This document shows, in pieces, positions 32,854-41,138 of a stretch of 64,000 nt of DNA; positions within the stretch are counted from its first letter, which is position 1, and every line of letters begins with the position of its first letter. The notes under the pieces were generated by a model. It had not been told where the DNA came from. It did not search any database and saw only the letters and a program-made list of their open reading frames with translations. Source of the stretch: Candidatus Hydrogenedentota bacterium (lineage in GTDB: Bacteria > Hydrogenedentota > Hydrogenedentia > Hydrogenedentales > SLHB01); contig JACRLJ010000022.1 of the NCBI GenBank assembly GCA_016215105.1, positions 3,407 through 67,406 of the forward strand. Direction: 5' to 3'. The position numbers and the translations under genes were made by a program.

Positions 32854-33255
32854 ATGAAAGGGTATTCGCTGATGAAACACATACCGGGCGGTCCCGGGGC
32901 ATCCCTCGCGCCCGACAAGCAGGCCAAGGTCGGGCTGAAAGCGGACACATTCACTCTGGATACGCCCATGATGTCCACGAAACTGGCCCAAGGCGAGTCC
33001 AAGTCCTTAACGATTGGCATCAAGCGGGGCAAAGATACCGATGAGGACGTCACGCTCAAGTTCAACGACCTGCCCAAAGGAGTGACAATCGATCCGATGA
33101 ACCCGGTCATTAAGCACGGCGACATGGACGCAAAAGTGATGTTGATCGCCTCGGACGATGCCGCCCTCGGCGATTTTACGGCCAAGGTCTTGGGCCACCC
33201 GGCGAAGGGTCTTGACTCCTTCTCCGATCTCAAGCTCACCGTAGACAAAAAGTAA
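32854..33255 (+). CDS. Hypothetical protein, probably beta-sandwich
   Basis: ORF 32800..33255; start uncertain (32854 or 32872). Followed by a strong GC hairpin at 33268..33300. Confidence 0.45.
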   Translation: MKGYSLMKHIPGGPGASLAPDKQAKVGLKADTFTLDTPMMSTKLAQGESKSLTIGIKRGKDTDEDVTLKFNDLPKGVTIDPMNPVIKHGDMDAKVMLIASDDAALGDFTAKVLGHPAKGLDSFSDLKLTVDKK

Positions 33256-33317
33256 CTACGAGCGACGGGCGGCGTGGCGCCGTAATCGGCGCCCGCCGCC
33301 TGCCTTCGCACTTTGAA

Positions 33318-33890
33318 ATGAAAAGGAATACTACCTTGGACAACACGACGAACCCGACAAAAAAACAGATCGGCGAGAACATGGTTGATCTCGCCCCGAT
33401 CCGCGCTGACGCGGCCCAACGAACTCGCAATGCGGGACCCCTCCTCGATGAGAAAGCCGACGACACGGGCTCTCATTTAGCGTCGAACACCGACGACATT
33501 GCGTCGTATGTCGGTCGCAAGACCGAAGACGCCGTGTCGTACGTAGGTCATAAGGTGGAAGACGCAGCATCCTACGTCGGCCAAAGGGCAGATGACGCGG
33601 CTTCCTTTGTCAGCCAAAAAACCGACGACGCAGGCGCCGCGGTGGGCAGTGGCCTCCGGTCGCTTGGCCAAAGCGTCCGCGACCGTGGACCAGAAGGCGG
33701 CATCGCGGGCGACGCTTCCTCGGCCGTGGCCGACGGCTTGGAAAACAGCGGACGCTACATCCAAGAGGAAAAACTCAAAGATATCGCCGAGGACGTGACG
33801 AACTTGATACGCCGCAACCCCATACCGGCCCTGCTGATCGGTGTCGCCGCTGGTTACCTGGTCGGAAGGATTACGACGCCTCGGAGCTAA
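33318..33890 (+). CDS. DUF883 (YqjD/ElaB-like) membrane-anchored stress protein with internal 11-mer repeats
   Basis: Repeats: TDDIASYVGRK, TEDAVSYVGHK, VEDAASYVGQR, ADDAASFVSQK. The C-terminal LIRRNPIPALLIGVAAGYLVGRI is the DUF883 anchor. Confidence 0.8.
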   Translation: MKRNTTLDNTTNPTKKQIGENMVDLAPIRADAAQRTRNAGPLLDEKADDTGSHLASNTDDIASYVGRKTEDAVSYVGHKVEDAASYVGQRADDAASFVSQKTDDAGAAVGSGLRSLGQSVRDRGPEGGIAGDASSAVADGLENSGRYIQEEKLKDIAEDVTNLIRRNPIPALLIGVAAGYLVGRITTPRS

Positions 33891-33894
33891 TACC

Positions 33895-34287
33895 ATGTCG
33901 AATGATCTGGAAACGCGGCCCGAAGTCCGTGTCACGGAGTTGGTAAATGACATCATCACCGATGTCCAGGTACTCATCACGCAACAACTGGCCCTCTTTC
34001 GGCACGAGATCAAAGGCGAAATCGGCCGCGCCAGGGAGGCCGGTTCCTTGGTGGTTGTCGGCTTGGGCATCGTCGTAATGGGATGCCTCTTGCTCTGCGG
34101 GATGCTGGTTCACCTGCTGGCGCAGATCGCGCCGGACCTCCCCTTGTGGGCATGCTACGGAATTGTGGGCGCCCCCATCGCGGCCCTGGGAGGAATCCTG
34201 TGCCTGCTTGGGATTCAACGGTTTGGATACTTCAATCGCGGGACCGTTGAGTTGGCTCACGATCTCAAGGAGAAAGTCGATGGATAA
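33895..34287 (+). CDS. YqjE-like (holin-X/phage_holin_3_6 family) membrane protein
   Basis: LVNDIITDVQVLITQQLALFRHEIKGEI, followed by two TM helices. Position after a DUF883 gene matches the yqjD-yqjE arrangement. Confidence 0.7.
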   Translation: MSNDLETRPEVRVTELVNDIITDVQVLITQQLALFRHEIKGEIGRAREAGSLVVVGLGIVVMGCLLLCGMLVHLLAQIAPDLPLWACYGIVGAPIAALGGILCLLGIQRFGYFNRGTVELAHDLKEKVDG

Positions 34288-34924
34288 CAAAGCGACCGCA
34301 ATGCGGCAAGAGATGGATGAGACGCGAGCTGGCTTGGCCGACAAGCTCGGAGAGTTGGAGCACCAGATTTCGGGAACAGTGAGGACTGTCAAGGATTCCG
34401 TGAATGCGGTCCTGGATACCTTTGACCTGAAACTTCACGTGCGGCGGCGGCCCTGGACCCTCATGGCCGGGGCGACGGCGCTGGGGTATCTCGGTGGCTT
34501 CCTTTCGAGCGGCTATGGAGCCGCCCGCACCAGGCGGATCGGAAAAAGCGCTGGGACGACTCCCGTCCGCACGGCTGCCGCGGTGCGCCCGCACTCCGAG
34601 GACGTCGACGCCACGAGCGACGCTCAAGTGGCGCAACTCTCCGCCGTGGCGACGCCTAGTTGGCTTGCCAACTTGGGCGAAACGTTCCAGCCGGAGATCG
34701 CCGAATTGAGGGGGATTGTAATTGGCGCGTTACTCGAACTTGCCCGCGACATCATCACGAAAAAGGCGCCCCAGCCAATGGAGCGGTCAGCGGGAAACGG
34801 CAAACCTGGCTCCAACGGCGACGCGCGCAATCTACACCTGCGAACCGAGCCACTCCATCAAGACAGCACAACCTCGGCTCACTCTATAGCCGAAGAACAG
34901 ACAACAGGAACCAAAGGAGAATGA
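34280..34924 (+). CDS. DUF3618-like protein
   Basis: MRQEMDETRAGLADKLGELEHQISGTV...RRRPWTLMAGATALGYLGGF. Overlaps the previous stop by 8 nt. Confidence 0.6.
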   Translation: MDNKATAMRQEMDETRAGLADKLGELEHQISGTVRTVKDSVNAVLDTFDLKLHVRRRPWTLMAGATALGYLGGFLSSGYGAARTRRIGKSAGTTPVRTAAAVRPHSEDVDATSDAQVAQLSAVATPSWLANLGETFQPEIAELRGIVIGALLELARDIITKKAPQPMERSAGNGKPGSNGDARNLHLRTEPLHQDSTTSAHSIAEEQTTGTKGE

Positions 34925-35079
34925 AAATGAAGACGTACCAGAAACTCGTCGCTGCATTGGCAGCGATCTCCCTACTGAGTGTCGCGACCCTCGGTTGCAA
35001 CACCGTTGGAGGCGCCGGCAAGGACATACAAAAAGGCGGCAAGACCGTAGAGAACGCCGCCGAGGGAGCCAAGAAGTAG
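34921..35079 (+). CDS. Entericidin EcnA/B-family lipoprotein (52 aa, below useful ORF-track resolution)
   Basis: MKMKTYQKLVAALAAISLLSVATLGCNTVGGAGKDIQKGGKTVENAAEGAKK. ATGA overlap with the preceding gene. Confidence 0.8.
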   Translation: MKMKTYQKLVAALAAISLLSVATLGCNTVGGAGKDIQKGGKTVENAAEGAKK

Positions 35080-35378
35080 CCAAGAAGTAGCAAGAGGTGG
35101 CGCTCGCTCCATCGACCGGAAACGCGGTTTCTCATGAGCGGCTTCGGGGTGTGGGTTCTTGGGCCAGACTCCCGGGAGTCCTATCCACTTCTTGGCCTGA
35201 TCTTGCCTGCCGGTTTGGTAGACGACAATGGCAAAGATGGCGTGCATCGAACGGACCTTCAGTAGGGCGCGTGCGCTTCGCGGTGGAGTCCGGACCGACT
35301 TGATTGGCGGTGTAGTGGCTGGGGCTGTCCCTCTGATCGCGCGAGCGATCTCGTGACCCGAGTGCGCCCCGTTGCGGC

Positions 35379-37334
35379 ATGCCGCAGTCAGCCCTTCGCC
35401 GCTGTAACTCTTGGGAGGTTTTGAGCGTGGCGAAATTGTCCCTTGCCCCCGTTTGCCCGGGGACTTTGACCATCCTGACGAGCGCCATTGTCGGCGTCGT
35501 CTTGATCGGCGCCTTGTACTGGGCTCAGACGGTGTTCATTCCGGTCGCCTTGGCCGTGTTTCTGGCGTTTCTACTTGCCCCGATCGTCACCGCGCTTCAA
35601 CGATGGCGCTTGGGCCGACGGCCCTCGGTTGTTGTCGTCGTCCTGCTCGCGGCCTTGGTGCTAGGCGGCGTTGTATGGATGGTCAAGGTGGAACTTACGA
35701 ACTTGGCCCACGAGCTGCCCACCTACACCCAAAACATCCAAGATAAGGTCAAGTATTTGCGGCAGTTGGGGCATGGCGTCGGCATGGAACGCCTGGGAAA
35801 ACTGACCGCGGATATCGCCGAGGAGTGGGAAAAGACGCTGTCGAACTCGACAGGGGAAGAAACAGTTTCGCAGGACGGAGTGCTTCCCGCAGTTCCTGAG
35901 AAGTCGTCTACAGCGGCGGCCCCGTTGGAAAGCTCCGTGCCCGCCCTTCTGACTCATTCGGCGAGCCCAACGTGGCCCTCGCGATTGATGGACTTTTTCA
36001 GCCCCGTGATGCCGTCGCTCGGTAGTCTGGGTCTGGCGTTGGTCCTGGTCGTGTTCATGCTCTTGGAGCGCGAGGCCCTGCGCAATCGTTTGATCCGGTT
36101 GGTGGGTCACGGGCGCATGACCGCGACGACCAAAGCCCTGGACGATGCGGGAGGCCGCATCAGCCGCTACTTGTTCCGGCAGCTCACGGTGAACGGTACG
36201 TACGGCTTGGCGTGGGGCCTGGCCTTGTACTTCATCGGCGTGGATTACGCCCTGCTTTGGGGATTTCTGGCTGCCGTCCTGCGCTACGTTCCGTACGTCG
36301 GGGCGCCCTTCGCGTCGCTGCTTCCGATCGCCCTCAGCCTGGCCCAGTTCCCCGGTTGGTGGCTTCCGATCGCGGTGATCGGGCTCTTCATCGTTCTGGA
36401 ACTCGTTTGCAGCAACGCCGTGGAGCCATGGCTGTACGGTCAGACCATTGGCGTCTCGGCGGTGGCCATGCTGATCGCCGCCGCGTTTTGGACCTTCCTG
36501 TGGGGACCTATCGGCTTGGTCCTGTCTGGCCCGCTGACAGTCTGCCTCGTGGTCCTCGGAAAGCACGTACCCGAGTTGGAGTTTTTCGCCGTGCTCCTTG
36601 GTGACGCCCCGGCGCTGGACGCGGATGTGAGCTACTACCAGCGTCTGCTGGCGCGAGATCAGGATGAGGCCGCGCAGTTGGTCCTGAAACAGGTCAAGGT
36701 TTCTCCTCCTGAACAGGTCTATGACGAACTGCTGGTCCCGGCGCTGGTCTACACCAAGCGGGATCGCGGGCGGGACTTCCTCACGGAATCCGACGAAGAG
36801 TTTGTCTTCCAGGCAACGCACGAGGTTATGGAGGACTTGGGCGAGCGCCGATCGGCCGCGACGTTGGCGGCGACAAAGAAGACGCCGGTCAGCGCAGGCC
36901 AAGCGCCGCCCTCTAGGGTTCACATCCTCGCATGTCCGGCTCGCGACCATGCGGATAGGCTGGCGATCGAGATGTTGCGCCAACTGCTCAACCCGGCCGA
37001 CTGGGATATGGAGATAACGGCGTTGGAGACGTTGACCGCCGAACTGGTGGCGCACGTGACCGAGGAGAAGTCCGCGCTCATTTGCATCGGCGCGCTGCCC
37101 CCGGGCGGCTTGGCCCACACCCGCTACCTGTGCAAGCGGCTGCGGGCGCGACATCCGGATCTCAAGATCATCGTCGGTCGATGGGGACTCACAGACAATG
37201 TGGACACAAACCGCGAACAACTTCTGGAGGTAGGGGCGGACCTGATGGCGACGACCTTGCTGGAAACGCGCAAACAGTTGAATGACTGGTTGCCGGTCCT
37301 GGCGTATGAAGAGCGAAAGACTGGCACAATGTGA
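35379..37334 (+). CDS. AI-2E (PerM/UPF0118) family transporter with ~200-aa cytoplasmic C-terminal extension
   Basis: Multiple TM helices with the typical ...FIPVALAVFLAFLLAPIV... and ...VEPWLYGQTIGVS... The tail VHILACPARDHADRLAIEML...SALICIGALPPGG...IIVGRWG looks like a B12-binding-type flavodoxin-like fold. Confidence 0.85.
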   Translation: MPQSALRRCNSWEVLSVAKLSLAPVCPGTLTILTSAIVGVVLIGALYWAQTVFIPVALAVFLAFLLAPIVTALQRWRLGRRPSVVVVVLLAALVLGGVVWMVKVELTNLAHELPTYTQNIQDKVKYLRQLGHGVGMERLGKLTADIAEEWEKTLSNSTGEETVSQDGVLPAVPEKSSTAAAPLESSVPALLTHSASPTWPSRLMDFFSPVMPSLGSLGLALVLVVFMLLEREALRNRLIRLVGHGRMTATTKALDDAGGRISRYLFRQLTVNGTYGLAWGLALYFIGVDYALLWGFLAAVLRYVPYVGAPFASLLPIALSLAQFPGWWLPIAVIGLFIVLELVCSNAVEPWLYGQTIGVSAVAMLIAAAFWTFLWGPIGLVLSGPLTVCLVVLGKHVPELEFFAVLLGDAPALDADVSYYQRLLARDQDEAAQLVLKQVKVSPPEQVYDELLVPALVYTKRDRGRDFLTESDEEFVFQATHEVMEDLGERRSAATLAATKKTPVSAGQAPPSRVHILACPARDHADRLAIEMLRQLLNPADWDMEITALETLTAELVAHVTEEKSALICIGALPPGGLAHTRYLCKRLRARHPDLKIIVGRWGLTDNVDTNREQLLEVGADLMATTLLETRKQLNDWLPVLAYEERKTGTM

Positions 37335-37524
37335 GGAGGAGCTCTATCCACTCGAGCGTGACACCCATCCAAGTCCGTCGGGCGTTCTCGTGTGGGTCCG
37401 TTCTTCTAGTATTATGTCGAACGTGAAAACCGAAGGTGATAGCGTAGTTCACAGCGTCTAGCGATTGTCGAAAACTGCATAATAGTGATAGTGCGCATAT
37501 GTTACTTAAGCTGTTACTTACGAA

Positions 37525-37554
37525 TTGACAAACATGGTAGACATGGGATATATG
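37525..37554 (+). promoter_or_regulatory. Sigma-70-type promoter for the tRNA-like RNA
   Basis: TTGACA (37525..37530), an 18-nt spacer, then TATATG (37549..37554). Two 9-nt direct repeats TGTTACTTA (37500, 37512) lie immediately upstream. Confidence 0.55.
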
Positions 37555-37558
37555 GGAA

Positions 37559-37685
37559 GGTAGTGGTCAACGGGCGTATCTCGTTGCGTTGAGGTAAGTT
37601 ATTGATTTTACAGGTGGTTATGAACTTGGGTGAAATCCAGATCATAACCCAAAGGTCGCAGATTCAAATCCTGCCCCCGCTACCA
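37559..37685 (+). ncRNA. Structured tRNA-like RNA candidate (not a canonical tRNA)
   Basis: The 3-prime end GCAGATTCAAATCCTGC-CCCCGCT-ACCA looks like a T-arm plus acceptor strand plus CCA. The 5-prime GGTAGTGG (37559..37566) pairs with CCGCTACC (37677..37684). There is a long hairpin GGTTATGA..TTGG-GTGAAAT-CCAG..TCATAACC (37616..37649). A promoter lies upstream and a terminator downstream. Confidence 0.5.
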
Positions 37686-37694
37686 TTGATAATC

Positions 37695-37727
37695 AAGGAC
37701 TTACGCAGACGCGTAAGTCCTTTCTTC
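37695..37727 (+). terminator. Rho-independent terminator
   Basis: AAGGACTTACGC-AGAC-GCGTAAGTCCTT followed by TCTTC. Confidence 0.75.
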
Positions 37728-37986
37728 ATGTCAAAACGGCCAGATGTGCCACTTGGTGTGTTACGTGTGGCCGGGAAGCATGGTCGCTTGGGTACTTAGG
37801 CCGGCCCCGGGACTCCCACTTCGGGCTGCACCTGCGGCTCGACGTTTCGTGTGTCGCCCGACAGAATCGTTGCTCGCGCAGTGGATCTGGACGGGATCTG
37901 CCGCCAACCACATTACCTAAAAGGAGTTTGGTCCCAGCGGTCTTGAATTCGTATCTGAAGAAGCGGGCGCACGTCCATTACCTCCA

Positions 37987-38697
37987 CTAAGCCGTGGCGC
38001 CTCCTGCGCGCGCAGTTACTCCCCCGAATCCAAAGATCCCCAACAGCGCGGCGAGAATCCGCGACACAGTATAGAGAATGCGCGTCAGCAGCGGCATGGG
38101 CTCGCCACTAACCTCATGAAACGCGCGAACCTTGACTATGATGTCGGAAAAACTGAGTATATCCTCGAAACCAAATTCCTCGGCCCGGCCAATTGACACC
38201 CAGAGCTTTCCGGAAATTCCATCCGGGTCGTAGGCAACGACGTAGTATTGACCGGTCTCCAGAGCCGCGCGATCCGATTCGCGCAGTATCCATGACTGGG
38301 TACCCGTAAAGGGTTCGTCGAAGAACGCGGGTTTATCGACCGATTGCAGCAGAACTCCACCGAGCCCGCTTGGGACCTCGAACGGAAGATCGATGCTTGG
38401 CAAGCCGGGCCCAAGCAGCGCGAGGACCGGCCGATAGTCTTTTAGCGTGTTGATCGCGGGCACGCCAAGTTGAAGGTAGATATTGTCTCCGTTCGATGCG
38501 TCGAATGTCAGCCATAGTCGCGCAGCGTCGAGGGTGACTTCGTGGTAAACAACTTGCGAGACATTAGGCTCTTCGATCAGGAGCGCGCTCTCCGCGTCAA
38601 TGTGGGTGCCGTCGTCAAATACGGGGCGATGCGCCCATGCGGGCAGCGCCGCGGCCGCAACCACGCCCAAGCACGCAACAACTCTTCTGAGGTCCAT
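37987..38697 (-). CDS. Secreted hypothetical protein with C-terminal TM anchor
   Basis: ATG at 38697 with RBS AAGGAG. Signal MDLRRVVACLGVVAAAALPAWA. C-terminal LLTRILYTVSRILAALLGIFGF. Confidence 0.6.
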   Translation of the reverse strand: MDLRRVVACLGVVAAAALPAWAHRPVFDDGTHIDAESALLIEEPNVSQVVYHEVTLDAARLWLTFDASNGDNIYLQLGVPAINTLKDYRPVLALLGPGLPSIDLPFEVPSGLGGVLLQSVDKPAFFDEPFTGTQSWILRESDRAALETGQYYVVAYDPDGISGKLWVSIGRAEEFGFEDILSFSDIIVKVRAFHEVSGEPMPLLTRILYTVSRILAALLGIFGFGGVTARAGGATA

Positions 38698-38792
38698 CGC
38701 AACTACACTCCTTTCCTCTCCCAACGCCTTCCTCTCCCCGTCGGACACGTCTGAACCAGACACATCGACGGACAATAGGCTCAACTTTGATA

Positions 38793-40328
38793 TCACTCTA
38801 ATGGGGGCAATGATTGGTGATTCGGGCCGACTCTTACCGCGCGACTGACACCGCCCAGCGAATCGGCGTCGGAAGCGCGCCGTGCGATACCTCGCAGCAT
38901 ACCTCTGAACACAAGTTCATGAATCGGATACAGCAAGTACCAATAGAGGATTCCCATAACACCCTGGGGATCATAAACGGCTGTTTGTCGAATCTCCGTC
39001 TGGGAGCCTCGGCGATCAATCTCAAACTGCAACCACGCGCTGCCAAAGACCTTCATCTCTGCGCGCAGCAGCAGTTTCCTTGGGCGCTCGATGGCTTCGA
39101 CGCGCCAGCAGTCGACAATGTCGCCCGTGCGAAGATGATTCGGATCGCGGCGACCTCGCTGCATACCTACACCACCGACCATTCGATCGAGGAACCCGCG
39201 AACTTGCCAGAGCCCGTCGCCGTAGTACCATCCGTTAGGCCCTCCAATCCGTTCGATACACTCGAACACGCGCTCTGATTGGGCGTCCACCTCGATCACG
39301 CGCGAATCGACAATTCGTGGGCCGTGGCGCCGACCACCATATGTGGATGTGCCGGTCGAGCTGGACAAGGCGTCTGACCAATGCGTCTCCCGAAACGTCT
39401 CATCTTCCTCGCACAGGGCGCGCCGAATGGCCTCACTCACGTTCATCGGGCGGACGCTGAAGTCGCTCAATGCCTTGTCATCAGCGACAACGCTGGCGAC
39501 GCGGATACTGTCAATGAGTTTTCGGCCAACCTTTGCGAACAGCGGAGTCACGAGATTCAGCCACAGGCTGGACAGCCAAGGGGTTAGAAAAGGCACGTTG
39601 ATGTACAGGCGTCGCAATCCAGCGCTTTCCCCAAATCGCTTCATCAAGTCAAGATAGGACAGCTGCTCCTCGCCGCCGATTTCGTACACGGTGGAATTAG
39701 ACAGGGGAAGATCGATGGCTTGAACGAGGTACTCAAGCACATCGTCGATTGCGATTGGCTGCGCTTTCACTCGAACCCATTTTGGGACGACCATCACCGG
39801 CAGCCTTTGCACCAGGCTTCGGATGAGTTCGAAGGAAAGACTTCCCGGTCCGATAATGATGGAAGCTCGAAACTCCAGGGTGGGAACGCCGGATTCACGG
39901 AGTGCCTGACCCACCGCATGTCGGCTCCGCATGTGCGCCGATGTGGAGCTTTCCGAATCACCAAGACCGCCCAAGTAGATGATGCGGTTCACACCAGCCC
40001 TCTTGGCGGCAGCAGCAAAATTGCGGGCTCCGGCGAGTTCCGTTGATTCGAAGTCCCCGATCGATGCGAGCGCGTGAACCAGATAGAAGGCAATATCAAT
40101 TCCGCGGAGCGCCTCATCGAGTGTCGCAGGTTCCATTACGTCCCCGCGCACCACCTCTACATTTGGCGCAACGTGGCGCGTGAGATTCGACGGCGTTCGT
40201 GCCATGCAGCGGATCTGGATACCAATGGCCCGCAGGCGCGTTACCAATCTGCCTCCTACGTAGCCGGTAGCGCCCGAGACCAATACGCTTCTGGACTCCA
40301 ATTCTCTCCTTTCCAATGCCGAACTCAT
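38793..40328 (-). CDS. NAD(P)-binding SDR/NmrA-like domain fused to DUF2867
   Basis: VLVSGATGYVGGRLV Rossmann motif. The C-terminal GDIVDCWRVEAIERPRKLLLRAEMKVFGSAWLQFEI is typical of DUF2867. Confidence 0.85.
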   Translation of the reverse strand: MSSALERRELESRSVLVSGATGYVGGRLVTRLRAIGIQIRCMARTPSNLTRHVAPNVEVVRGDVMEPATLDEALRGIDIAFYLVHALASIGDFESTELAGARNFAAAAKRAGVNRIIYLGGLGDSESSTSAHMRSRHAVGQALRESGVPTLEFRASIIIGPGSLSFELIRSLVQRLPVMVVPKWVRVKAQPIAIDDVLEYLVQAIDLPLSNSTVYEIGGEEQLSYLDLMKRFGESAGLRRLYINVPFLTPWLSSLWLNLVTPLFAKVGRKLIDSIRVASVVADDKALSDFSVRPMNVSEAIRRALCEEDETFRETHWSDALSSSTGTSTYGGRRHGPRIVDSRVIEVDAQSERVFECIERIGGPNGWYYGDGLWQVRGFLDRMVGGVGMQRGRRDPNHLRTGDIVDCWRVEAIERPRKLLLRAEMKVFGSAWLQFEIDRRGSQTEIRQTAVYDPQGVMGILYWYLLYPIHELVFRGMLRGIARRASDADSLGGVSRAVRVGPNHQSLPPLE

Positions 40329-40331
40329 GGA

Positions 40332-41138
40332 TCAACAATCTCCCAACCGTTGACTCCGGAGACTATGCTCGATTTCAGTCAGCCTCGTTCGAATTTCCGT
40401 GAGGCGGTTCATGATTGAATTGGCGTCCGTATGTACTTCCACCCGAACTTCATTCTTGACCGACTCGAGGTTGTTGATCACGATAGCGATGAACAGGTTT
40501 ACGACTACAAAGACTGCGAACACCACAAAGCTCACGAAGTACATCCAAGCCCAGGGGTTTGTGGTCAACACGGCAGCCTGCACCTCCACCCATCCTTCTA
40601 GCGTTAGGATTTGGAAGAGGGTAAGCCCCGCACGTCCGAGACTCCTCCAGTGCTCCGGGTCAATGCGCCCGAAGAGATGTACCCCCAAGACTGCATAGAC
40701 ATACAGCATTAGGCCAAGCAATAGTAGGACGTTCGCGAGCGACGGGATGGATCGGAGCAGTGTATTGACGATGAGGCGCAGTTCAGGAATTGCGGAGACG
40801 ACGCGTAGCGCGCGCAGCAACCGGGCCAGGCGAGCAACGGTGGCGAAGGAGCCAGCCGCAGGAAGTAAAGACAAACCGACGATGAGGAAGTCGAAGACGT
40901 TCCAGCCGTCGCGGAAGAAAGACCAGACACGGGGAGCGTGCGCCAGGACCCGAATAACGATCTCGAGCAAGAAAACGGCCTGCACGGCGGTATTCAAGAT
41001 GCCGAAAAACGTCGCGTGTCGTGCCATTAGCTCCGCGTTAGTCTCTATCCCGATGAGAATCGCATTTCCGACGATGATGACGAGAATGCCTTTCTGGAAT
41101 ACGGGATTCTCGACGAAGCGGCGACAGGCGTAAATCAT
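40332..41138 (-). CDS. Single-domain voltage-gated cation channel (BacNaV/NaChBac-like)
   Basis: S4 has Arg every third residue: VARLARLLRALRVV. Pore LTLFQILTLEGWVEV (filter TLEGW versus TLESW in NaChBac). C-terminal coiled coil. The start overlaps the TerC stop as ATGA. Confidence 0.85.
   Translation of the reverse strand: MIYACRRFVENPVFQKGILVIIVGNAILIGIETNAELMARHATFFGILNTAVQAVFLLEIVIRVLAHAPRVWSFFRDGWNVFDFLIVGLSLLPAAGSFATVARLARLLRALRVVSAIPELRLIVNTLLRSIPSLANVLLLLGLMLYVYAVLGVHLFGRIDPEHWRSLGRAGLTLFQILTLEGWVEVQAAVLTTNPWAWMYFVSFVVFAVFVVVNLFIAIVINNLESVKNEVRVEVHTDANSIMNRLTEIRTRLTEIEHSLRSQRLGDC

Noticed and set aside
35661-37220. 519-aa ORF on the minus strand
   Set aside because: Antisense to the AI-2E transporter, whose TM pattern and family motifs are convincing. 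The antisense product is Arg/Gln/Asp-rich with no recognisable features.
37559-37685. Canonical tRNA, tRNA-Sec or tmRNA
   Set aside because: The 5-prime acceptor strand complementary to CCCCGCT is absent within 350 nt. The loop-closing T-stem pair is A:C. There is no G3:U70 and no tag-like reading frame ending in an Ala-rich peptide, and no permuted 5-prime piece downstream. It is reported instead as a tRNA-like RNA candidate.
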